From Spirochaetales bacterium (GTDB lineage Bacteria > Spirochaetota > Spirochaetia > JABEVK01), in NCBI GenBank assembly GCA_037142615.1, contig JBAXAI010000001.1:288001-352000 (forward strand): 64,000 nt of DNA, written 5' to 3'. The translations under genes were made by a program, and so were the position numbers. A model generated the notes under the pieces. The model worked only from the letters and a program-made list of their open reading frames with translations, did not search any database and was not told the origin of the DNA. Numbering within the stretch: position 1 is the stretch's first letter; each line of letters begins with the position of its first letter. Below, piece after piece: positions 57,035-64,000 of this stretch.

Positions 57035-58584
57035 GGCGTATCTGGTTGCTTTCCCGGGAAATGGAGGGCTGGGCCGAAGCTGGGGGGATCAAGGACGTTG
57101 TTCGAGATCAGGCCGTGGCCTTTGCCCGGTTGGGCTGGGAAACAAATGTTGTCCTTCCGCTCTACGGGTTTCTGCGACCGAAGGTCTTCGCTCAGGCGGC
57201 ACTCCTCTGGCGAGGTTCGAGCCAGCACCCAGCCTTCGATGAGAACCCGATCGAGGTGTGGACCCTACACCAGGCCGAGATGACACTTCACTTTGTTCGC
57301 ATTCCCTCGTTTGAGGATAAGGACGGAATCTACACCTATTCCAGCGAGGACGCGGATCCTCAAGCCGGGAAGGTCAAAGGAACCGGGTACCTTGATACCT
57401 TCAAGATGAATCTTGAGTACCAGTGGGCCATCACCGACTATTGGTTTGCCAACCAAATAGAGCCCCAGTTCGTCTTGGGGCACGATGGTCACGCGGCGTT
57501 CTTGCCTGCGATTGCGCGGACCCACCCGGCGTATCGGGGCCACTTTCTCAGCACGAAGTTCTCCGTGCTGATTCACAACGCAGGTCTAGGGTACCGCCAG
57601 GAGATGCCCGACTCGCCGTTTCACCGCGAACTGCTCCATTTGCCACTTCCCGTCCAAAAGCAGTGCCTGCTGGAATCTTGGCTCGATCCTATGGTTTCGG
57701 CCAGTCACCATGCGAGCCTTGCAACGGTGAGCGTGAACTATGCGCTCGAGCTCACCTCAGGCAAGAATGACCATTGGTCAGGTACCTTCGGCCGCTTTCT
57801 GCGCGAGAACAGAGTTCCCCTGAAAGGGATCAACAACGGCATCGGGATGGATGACAAGGATCCTCGGAAGCAGTTGCAGCCGGGCTTCCCCCCATTTGAC
57901 CCCTCAACTGGCGACTGGAAGGGAAAAACCCTTTGTCGCAGCCTCCTGCGGGAGCGAATTCTTTTGACTCCGTCTCTCATCCATGGTCGGATTTCCAACT
58001 GGAACAAGACGTTGTACATGAACCAAGGCCGATTGACGGGACAAAAGGGGATTGCCGCGCTCTGTGATCTCATCGAGAAGGCCCTCACTGAACAACCAGA
58101 CGCTATCTTCATCGTAATGGCTCAGGGAGAACGTAAGTTCGAAGAACGACTCCTGTGGCTGGCCCGCAATCACATAGAAAAGGGCCGTATGCTGTTCATC
58201 AACAAGTACGAGGACGGCATGGCAAGGCTGCTGTTTGCCGCTGCCGATTTTCTCGTGATTCCTTCTGAGTACGAACCCTGCGGACTGACAGATCTCAAGG
58301 CCCAATTGATGGGAACGCTTCCTATTGTTCATCGCGTGGGGGGATTGGTTAAGGTCCTTGATGGGGTCACAGGGTTCTCGTATTCACGCCACACCAGACC
58401 CGGGTTGTGGGGGGTTTTTCTCAAGACTTTGGAGTTGCAGAGGTCCAACCGGACCCAACTTGACCACATGCGCCGCACCGCCTTCGCCTCGGTACTTGAG
58501 AACTCGCAGTGGACCAGGATTCTCGAAGAGCACTACATTCCATGGTTGACACAAAGCCCAGCCTTTCCTATCGTAGCTCAGTGA
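57007..58584 (+). CDS. glgA: Glycogen synthase (GT5)
   Basis: E...A.AGG..DV (canonical KxGG Lys appears as Glu), HD.H, IHN...Y, GI.NGI, RL..QKG, PS.YEPCGL. Confidence 0.85.
   Translation: MDLPRNTSLRRIWLLSREMEGWAEAGGIKDVVRDQAVAFARLGWETNVVLPLYGFLRPKVFAQAALLWRGSSQHPAFDENPIEVWTLHQAEMTLHFVRIPSFEDKDGIYTYSSEDADPQAGKVKGTGYLDTFKMNLEYQWAITDYWFANQIEPQFVLGHDGHAAFLPAIARTHPAYRGHFLSTKFSVLIHNAGLGYRQEMPDSPFHRELLHLPLPVQKQCLLESWLDPMVSASHHASLATVSVNYALELTSGKNDHWSGTFGRFLRENRVPLKGINNGIGMDDKDPRKQLQPGFPPFDPSTGDWKGKTLCRSLLRERILLTPSLIHGRISNWNKTLYMNQGRLTGQKGIAALCDLIEKALTEQPDAIFIVMAQGERKFEERLLWLARNHIEKGRMLFINKYEDGMARLLFAAADFLVIPSEYEPCGLTDLKAQLMGTLPIVHRVGGLVKVLDGVTGFSYSRHTRPGLWGVFLKTLELQRSNRTQLDHMRRTAFASVLENSQWTRILEEHYIPWLTQSPAFPIVAQ
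58546..58574 (+). promoter_or_regulatory. Putative tRNA promoter embedded in glgA 3' end
   Basis: TTGACA-N17-TATCGT, ending 11 nt before tRNA-Thr. Confidence 0.65.
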
Positions 58585-58585
58585 T

Positions 58586-58657
58586 GCCAACTTAGCTCAG
58601 GGGTAGAGCACGTGATTTGTAATCTCGTGGTCGTCGGTTCAATTCCGACAGTTGGCT
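58586..58657 (+). tRNA. tRNA-Thr(UGU)
   Basis: Acceptor GCCAACT/AGTTGGC, D arm GCTC/GAGC, anticodon loop TT-TGT-AA, GGTTCAATTCC T arm; CCA not encoded. Confidence 0.95.
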
Positions 58658-58697
58658 TGACAAAGCTTTGCTGTTCGTTTAATTTTTGTCCGTCTTC

Positions 58698-58779
58698 GGG
58701 GAGATTCCAGAGTGGCCAAATGGGGCAGACTGTAAATCTGTTGCGAATCGCTTCGTAGGTTCGAATCCTACTCTCCCCA
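58698..58779 (+). tRNA. tRNA-Tyr(GUA)
   Basis: Acceptor GGGGAGA/TCTCCCC, GCAGA-CT-GTA-AA-TCTGT, long variable arm, GGTTCGAATCC; followed by ACA, not CCA. Confidence 0.95.
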
Positions 58780-58782
58780 ACA

Positions 58783-58810
58783 AGCCTTCTTTGCGGAAGG
58801 CTTTTTTTTT
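58783..58810 (+). terminator. Rho-independent terminator after tRNAs
   Basis: AAGCCTTCT-ttgc-GGAAGGCTT followed by T tract. Confidence 0.85.
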
Positions 58811-58811
58811 G

Positions 58812-59255
58812 ATGTTGGAACCTTTTTACAAAGATGGTCTGAAGTTTGAGTGTACTCAGTGTCACGCGTGCTGTCGGCACGATCCGGGGTACGTGTTTCT
58901 TTCCCGGCCTGACCTCCAGGCACTCTGCCAGCAGTTGCATACTTCAGAAAACGACTTTGTCGAACGCTTTTGTCGCTGGGTTGACTTGGGTGACGGCCTA
59001 GTGCTGAGCTTGAGAGAAAAAAAGAACTTCGATTGCATCTTTTGGGATCAGGGTTGCACGGTGTACGCAAGCCGCCCTGTCCAGTGTCGAACATACCCGT
59101 TCTGGGAGAGTCCACTGAAATCACTCGAAAGCTGGACCTGGGAAGGACGTTACTGCCCGGGAGTCAACCGCGGTAAAGTCCATACCCAGAAAGAGATTGA
59201 GGCTGCACTGGCGAAGCGCCGCGAGTCACCGGTCATCCGGGGAGGACAACTTTGA
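58812..59255 (+). CDS. YkgJ family CxxCxxCC (Fe-S/Zn) protein
   Basis: FECTQCHACC, CIFW..GC.VY..RP.QCRTYPFW, CPG. Confidence 0.9.
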   Translation: MLEPFYKDGLKFECTQCHACCRHDPGYVFLSRPDLQALCQQLHTSENDFVERFCRWVDLGDGLVLSLREKKNFDCIFWDQGCTVYASRPVQCRTYPFWESPLKSLESWTWEGRYCPGVNRGKVHTQKEIEAALAKRRESPVIRGGQL

Positions 59256-60199
59256 CCTTCCGCTTTTGGGGAACTCGGGGTTCGGTGCCGACACCTTTGT
59301 CACCGGCTGCCGTAAGGGCCAAGATCTCCTCAGTCCTGCAGCGGGTCAAAGCCATCGATGTAGCGAGCGTCGAGGCCAAAGAACGCTTTCTCGCGGGTTT
59401 GCCTGAGGAACTGTTCGGACACGTAGGTGGGAACACGACCTGTCTGGAAGTGGTTTCCCAACAGCAAACTGATGTTGTCTTCGTAGATGCGGGTACGGGA
59501 CTGGTTGAGGCAGGCAGGTTCTATGAGACAAACTCAAAGGGACCCGTCCACTACCACATTTTTCTCACGCACTTTCACTGGGACCACATCCAGGGACTGC
59601 CCTTTTTTCCGGGGCTCAACCGAAGTGAAAACACGATCACACTCTACAGCCCGGTCGGGGGGTTCGAGCGTTTCATCCACGAACAGATGCGGGCCCCATT
59701 TTTTCCTGTGCCGCTCTCTATTTTTCCGGCCCGCGTTGAGTTTTCGGAGCTCAAGGGCAGTCGGGTGACTCTGGGTTCGCTGATCGTTACCTGGAAGACA
59801 GTGCAGCACCCCGGGAGTTGTGTCTCGTATCGGTTTGATGCTGATGACAGAGCACTTGTCTTTAGCACCGATACCGAACTCAGAGCGGCTGATTTTGTGA
59901 AAACCGGTGAAAACAACAAGTTCTACGAGGCCGTGGATGTGCTCGTGATGGATGCCCAATATACCCTCGGCGAAGCCATTGAAAAGGCAGACTGGGGTCA
60001 CAGTTCAGCAAGCCTGGCCGTAGATTTTGCCGTTGAGTTTCACGTGAGATGCTTGTATCTCTTTCACCATGAACCGTCGAATAGTGACGCCAAGATCGAG
60101 GAAATTGGCAGGCTGGCGCAATGGTACGCTGACCACAAGAAGGCTGGACATTTGGAAGTCAAGTTGGCCCGAGAAGGCCGTTCGCAGGTCATCACTTGA
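59252..60199 (+). CDS. Metallo-beta-lactamase fold hydrolase (RNase Z/phosphodiesterase-like)
   Basis: FWGTRGS.P, GGNTTC, DAGTG, THFHWDHIQG, HPG, TDTE, WGHS, FHHEP. Confidence 0.9.
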   Translation: MTFRFWGTRGSVPTPLSPAAVRAKISSVLQRVKAIDVASVEAKERFLAGLPEELFGHVGGNTTCLEVVSQQQTDVVFVDAGTGLVEAGRFYETNSKGPVHYHIFLTHFHWDHIQGLPFFPGLNRSENTITLYSPVGGFERFIHEQMRAPFFPVPLSIFPARVEFSELKGSRVTLGSLIVTWKTVQHPGSCVSYRFDADDRALVFSTDTELRAADFVKTGENNKFYEAVDVLVMDAQYTLGEAIEKADWGHSSASLAVDFAVEFHVRCLYLFHHEPSNSDAKIEEIGRLAQWYADHKKAGHLEVKLAREGRSQVIT

Positions 60200-60369
60200 G
60201 TAGCCTTGCCATTGAACTCCCAGAGACCGAAGCAAGGGCCTTGATCCGACTGCTGCATGACAGAGACCATCAGGATGCCTTTCCTGAACTGTACGGCCAA
60301 CTCCAGAAGCATTTCTTCGAAATGATGACGATCAGTGAGTTTCAGGCATTGGTTGGAGAAGATCTATGA
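60196..60369 (+). CDS. Small hypothetical protein, 57 aa (absent from ORF track)
   Basis: TTG overlaps MBL TGA and its TGA overlaps mltG ATG; MSSLAIELPETEARALIRLLHDRDHQDAFPELYGQLQKHFFEMMTISEFQALVGEDL. Confidence 0.75.
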   Translation: MSSLAIELPETEARALIRLLHDRDHQDAFPELYGQLQKHFFEMMTISEFQALVGEDL

Positions 60370-61355
60370 AACTGTGGCTGCGTTTGGTGCTGGGAGGCGC
60401 CATGATTGCCCTTCTTTCGATGGGCATAGGCCTTGGTTGGCTCTGGAACGAAAACAAACCTAGCCCCGATCGTGGAACGGTGCAAGTCACCATCCCGTCA
60501 GGAGAAGCGCTGGCAATCACCGCAGGCAGGCTGCAGGACCTACGGATCATTCGTTCCGCTGTCCTGTTCAAGTTGGTTGTTCAATTGAGCGGAGGTTCCA
60601 AAGCCTTTCCGCTGGGCACCTTTGCAGTACCCAGCGGGATGTCGGCCTTGGGGCTCGCCCAGTGGTTTCGAACCTCCACACCCATCCAAGTCAGGGTTAC
60701 CATTCCCGAAGGTTGGACTGCGACCAAAATCGCTAGACTTCTGGAGGAAAAACAGGTTGTTGGTTCCGCACAGTTCCTCGACAAAGTTCGGGCCGACTCT
60801 TTGGAGGGAACTCTGTTTCCTGACACGTATCTCTTTCCTTTGGGTGCCTCTGCCGAAGAGGTCGTTCGTGTCCTGGTACGGAACTTCGCCGAAAAGACAT
60901 CGCCCCTTACTGGGGGTCTGGACCCCCAGTCTCTCCATAACGGTATTGTGATGGCCTCGATTATCGAACGGGAATACCGGGTCACTGACGAAGCTCCGCT
61001 GATCGGTTCGGTGTTCTGGAACCGATTGCAACGAGGAATCCCGTTGGCCTCTTGCGCGACGATCGAGTACATCCTTACAGAGATTCAGGGACGTCCCCAC
61101 CCAAAACGCATCTTCTTTGTCTATACCCAGATCGAAAGCGCCTTCAACACCTATTTGCATAAAGGACTTCCCCCACAACCCATTTGCAACCCGGGCCTGA
61201 CTGCTCTCAAAGCCGCCTTTCAGCCCGCCAAGTCAGAATACCTCTACTTTGTTGTCGCGGACCCAGGGAAGGGTTCACACCGATTCTCCAGTTCTTACGC
61301 CGACCACGAAAGGGCCCGCGAGCAGTACCTGAATACCTACATCTCAAAGAGCTGA
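60366..61355 (+). CDS. mltG: Endolytic transglycosylase MltG (YceG)
   Basis: TIPEG, LEG.LFPDTY, ASIIERE, NTY...GLPP.PICNPG, YLYFV. Confidence 0.93.
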   Translation: MKLWLRLVLGGAMIALLSMGIGLGWLWNENKPSPDRGTVQVTIPSGEALAITAGRLQDLRIIRSAVLFKLVVQLSGGSKAFPLGTFAVPSGMSALGLAQWFRTSTPIQVRVTIPEGWTATKIARLLEEKQVVGSAQFLDKVRADSLEGTLFPDTYLFPLGASAEEVVRVLVRNFAEKTSPLTGGLDPQSLHNGIVMASIIEREYRVTDEAPLIGSVFWNRLQRGIPLASCATIEYILTEIQGRPHPKRIFFVYTQIESAFNTYLHKGLPPQPICNPGLTALKAAFQPAKSEYLYFVVADPGKGSHRFSSSYADHERAREQYLNTYISKS

Positions 61356-61356
61356 A

Positions 61357-63126
61357 ATGCTTTACGACGAAAAACTTCTGCAGGAGATTCTAGACAAGAC
61401 CGACTTGGTCGAACTGGTAGGACGTTCGGTCACTCTCAAGGCGAACGGAAAACGCTGGTGGGGTCTATGCCCCTTCCATGATGAGAAGTCGCCGAGTTTC
61501 ACCGTTAATGCAACCAACCAGTTCTTCTACTGCTTCGGTTGTCAAGAAAAAGGAAACGCGTTCGGCTTTGTCATGAAGCACGATCACCTCAGTTTCCCCG
61601 AAGCGGTCAAAGCGCTTGCTGCCTCGGCGGGCGTAGTGCTCGGAGAAGCCGCGGAACTCACGCAAGGGGACAAGGAAAGGATGGCCTTGCATGAGTTGCT
61701 CGGGCGCCTTACGGGAACGTTTCACCACCTTTTGAATACCCATCCGGAGGCCGGAGCCGCCCGCGAACTGCTCAATCGTCGTGGTGTATCAGCCGAAATG
61801 GTCCAGAAGTTTCAGCTAGGCTACGCACTGCGTGAGTGGGGTTGGATGAAGAACTTCCTCCTCCAGAAGAGCTATAGCGAAGAGTTTCTGGCCCGTTCAG
61901 GACTTTTTAGCTCGCAGAACCGGGATGCCTTCCTTTTCGGGGGTCGTTTGCTGTTTCCGATCCGAGTCACACCCACCGAAACCGTAGGCTTTGGTGGCAG
62001 GCTTTTGGGCGATGGTTCAGGTCCGAAATACCTCAATTCTCCCGAAACCCTCGTCTTCCTGAAACGAAGGACGCTCTATGCCTGGGATCAAGCACTACCC
62101 TCAATCCGAGAACGGCAGCAAGCTGTTCTTTGCGAAGGCTACATGGATGCTATCGCCCTGCATCAAGCCGGAATCACTTGGGCAGTGGCACCCCTCGGAA
62201 CCGCCTTTACCGAAGAGCAGGCCCAACTCCTAAAACGTTACTGCCGTTCAGTTATCTGCCTCTTTGACAGTGACGAAGCCGGCCAAAAAGCCACTACCAA
62301 GGTCATCGAAATCTGCGAACCTCTGGATCTCAACACTTTTGTCGCCCGAACCGTCGGCAGCAAGGATCCTTCGGAACTCCTCGAAAAAGAGGGGCCACAA
62401 GCGCTTCGTCAAATGCTGGAAGAACCCAAGAAAGGTTTTGATTTTCTCGTCGATTTTCGCTATACTGCGTATTCAGCGAACTCGAATGTCGACCTGCGAG
62501 GATTCCTGAGCGAGATGTTTGCCTTCTTGAGGCGCATTGCCAATGGAACCCTTCGGGAGACCTTCTTGAACACGCTTGCCGGCTACTTGGGAGTGCAACG
62601 GGAGACCTTGAAAGAAGACTTTGACAAGGGAGACGCCAAGAAGACTACCCGGGCCCTGTCAGGTACTGTTGTTTCGGTGGTTGATTCCAAGTCGGTTCGG
62701 AGCGTTGAATGGACGCTCATGATGGCGGTGATGACCCAGCCTTCGCTTTTCGGGCGTCTGCGACGGGATTTCAGTCCTGAGACACTGACCGAGTCCAGGT
62801 CGAAGGAACTTTTTGAGGTTCTCGACGGACTCGCCCTGACCGAGAATGGAGCGTTCCCATTGGAAACCGTACTTGAACGGGCTGGTGATGCAGCGTGGAA
62901 GGAAGACCTGGTTCGAAATGTGATGTCAGGCGAGTTTGAGGCAAACGCAGGTCAGGTGATCGACGATGGTCTGTTGTATTTGAAAAAGAGAAAGCTGATG
63001 CTTCAGAGGAAGCGGGTTGGTGAGAGGTTGCGACAGGTGGCGGGAGATTCTGAGGAAACCCAGAGGTTGATGCAGGAGATTCTGTTCTTGGACCGGGAAA
63101 TCACCCGCATGAAGGGGAATGTTTGA
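61357..63126 (+). CDS. dnaG: DNA primase
   Basis: CPFHDEKSPSF..CFGC zinc ribbon, KYLNSPET, EGYMD, FDSDEAG, KDP. Confidence 0.97.
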   Translation: MLYDEKLLQEILDKTDLVELVGRSVTLKANGKRWWGLCPFHDEKSPSFTVNATNQFFYCFGCQEKGNAFGFVMKHDHLSFPEAVKALAASAGVVLGEAAELTQGDKERMALHELLGRLTGTFHHLLNTHPEAGAARELLNRRGVSAEMVQKFQLGYALREWGWMKNFLLQKSYSEEFLARSGLFSSQNRDAFLFGGRLLFPIRVTPTETVGFGGRLLGDGSGPKYLNSPETLVFLKRRTLYAWDQALPSIRERQQAVLCEGYMDAIALHQAGITWAVAPLGTAFTEEQAQLLKRYCRSVICLFDSDEAGQKATTKVIEICEPLDLNTFVARTVGSKDPSELLEKEGPQALRQMLEEPKKGFDFLVDFRYTAYSANSNVDLRGFLSEMFAFLRRIANGTLRETFLNTLAGYLGVQRETLKEDFDKGDAKKTTRALSGTVVSVVDSKSVRSVEWTLMMAVMTQPSLFGRLRRDFSPETLTESRSKELFEVLDGLALTENGAFPLETVLERAGDAAWKEDLVRNVMSGEFEANAGQVIDDGLLYLKKRKLMLQRKRVGERLRQVAGDSEETQRLMQEILFLDREITRMKGNV

Positions 63127-64000
63127 TGTCTGATCTTGTGAATGATCCCGCTATGGTCAAGTTGCTCGAGTTTGCCAAGAAGAAGGGGAGCGTGACCTTT
63201 GACGAGGTCAAAGATCTGCTTCCCGAGGAACTCGTCAACGGCGAAAAGCTCGACTCCGTGTACGAGGTCTTGGCTAAACAGGGGATTCGGATCGAAGAGG
63301 AAGAACCCCTCGAATCGGTTACCGCGGAGGACGAAGAAGAGTTCTTCGAAACGGAGGAAGAACTCTTCGGTGCCGAGCCTTCACAGGCCGAAGAGGATAT
63401 CGATCCTGAGGCCGACTTCAAGAAGAAACTCAACTACAACGACAAGGACGCCACGATAGACGATCCGATCCGACTCTATCTTCGCGAGATCGGCAAGGAG
63501 AATCTGCTCTCTGCGGAAATGGAAGTAACCCTTTCGAAGCAGATGGAAGACGGCGAGAACATTATCAAGAGAATCGTCAAGAACTCGGGGATGATTATCC
63601 CGGAGTTTGCCTTTCTGGCGCAGGAGACCTTGGCCCGCGGCGAACCCCGTGACGACATGAACCGCTCCAAGAAGGAGTTGTCAGATTTCTTGGCCGAGAA
63701 ACGCCGCCTGACCCAGTTCTACAAAGAGCCTCTCAAAGTCATCAGTGGTCAACTCAGGCAGTACATGGAGCTCAAAGAACGGCTAACCACCATTGGAACC
63801 GACATTCTTGAGCACGAGGAATTGGCGACCCTGCGTTCGGAACTCCTCTTGGAAATCGAACTGATCGATATTCACCCGGACGAAATCGGAAAGTTCTCAG
63901 ACAAGTTCATCAATGCCGCACGCCGCATCAAGAAGTACCAGAAGGAACAGTCCAAGATCGAACGACGTCTGCGGGTTGCGAACATGCGGGACCTGCGGAA
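63126..64000 (+). CDS. rpoD: RNA polymerase sigma factor RpoD (3'-truncated by window)
   Basis: TGATG coupling to dnaG; region 1.1 (KKKG.VTFDEV...LP), acidic linker, DDPIRLYLREIG...LL; frame open to the window end. Confidence 0.93.
   Translation, partial: MSDLVNDPAMVKLLEFAKKKGSVTFDEVKDLLPEELVNGEKLDSVYEVLAKQGIRIEEEEPLESVTAEDEEEFFETEEELFGAEPSQAEEDIDPEADFKKKLNYNDKDATIDDPIRLYLREIGKENLLSAEMEVTLSKQMEDGENIIKRIVKNSGMIIPEFAFLAQETLARGEPRDDMNRSKKELSDFLAEKRRLTQFYKEPLKVISGQLRQYMELKERLTTIGTDILEHEELATLRSELLLEIELIDIHPDEIGKFSDKFINAARRIKKYQKEQSKIERRLRVANMRDLR

Noticed and set aside
58574-58600. Direct repeat TAGCTCAG just before and within tRNA-Thr (att-site or tRNA remnant?)
   Set aside because: Only 8 bp; no integrase or island; flanking genes are core.
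1-64000. CRISPR arrays, IS elements, prophage, rRNA, riboswitches
   Set aside because: Intergenic spaces are nearly all under 100 nt; no repeat-spacer pattern, transposase, integrase or recognisable structured leader seen by eye. An Infernal/Rfam scan would be the decisive test.

Overview
Chromosomal core region of a bacterium that is very probably a spirochaete (Spirochaetia, Treponema/Spirochaeta-like). The assignment is an inference from recalled Borrelia/Treponema-type gene order: plsC-parE-parC; bpuR/rnhB/smc; ffh-rpsP-khpA-rimM-trmD-rplS; coaD-rpmF-acpP-rnc/cca; mltG-dnaG-rpoD. The window holds about 70 tightly packed CDSs and two tRNAs (Thr-UGU, Tyr-GUA). I saw no mobile element, CRISPR array or prophage. 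The most striking structure is that three unlinked radical-SAM genes (rlmN, miaB, lipA) are each immediately preceded by, and translationally coupled to, their own paralogous ~210-218 aa FAD/NAD(P)H ferredoxin-NADP+-reductase-like gene. This suggests dedicated reductase/radical-SAM pairs. Other notable points: a repeated -35/N17-18/-10/N6/start architecture pointing to widespread leaderless mRNAs; a stand-alone lipA-gcvH-lipM lipoyl-assembly operon; a JAB-DinG fusion apparently starting at CTG; an SMC lacking the canonical hinge motif; a FlhB-like/degenerate HD-GYP/FlgM-like module behind rplS; and a 57-aa gene missed by the ORF track. All product calls come from motif recognition by eye; no database search was run.
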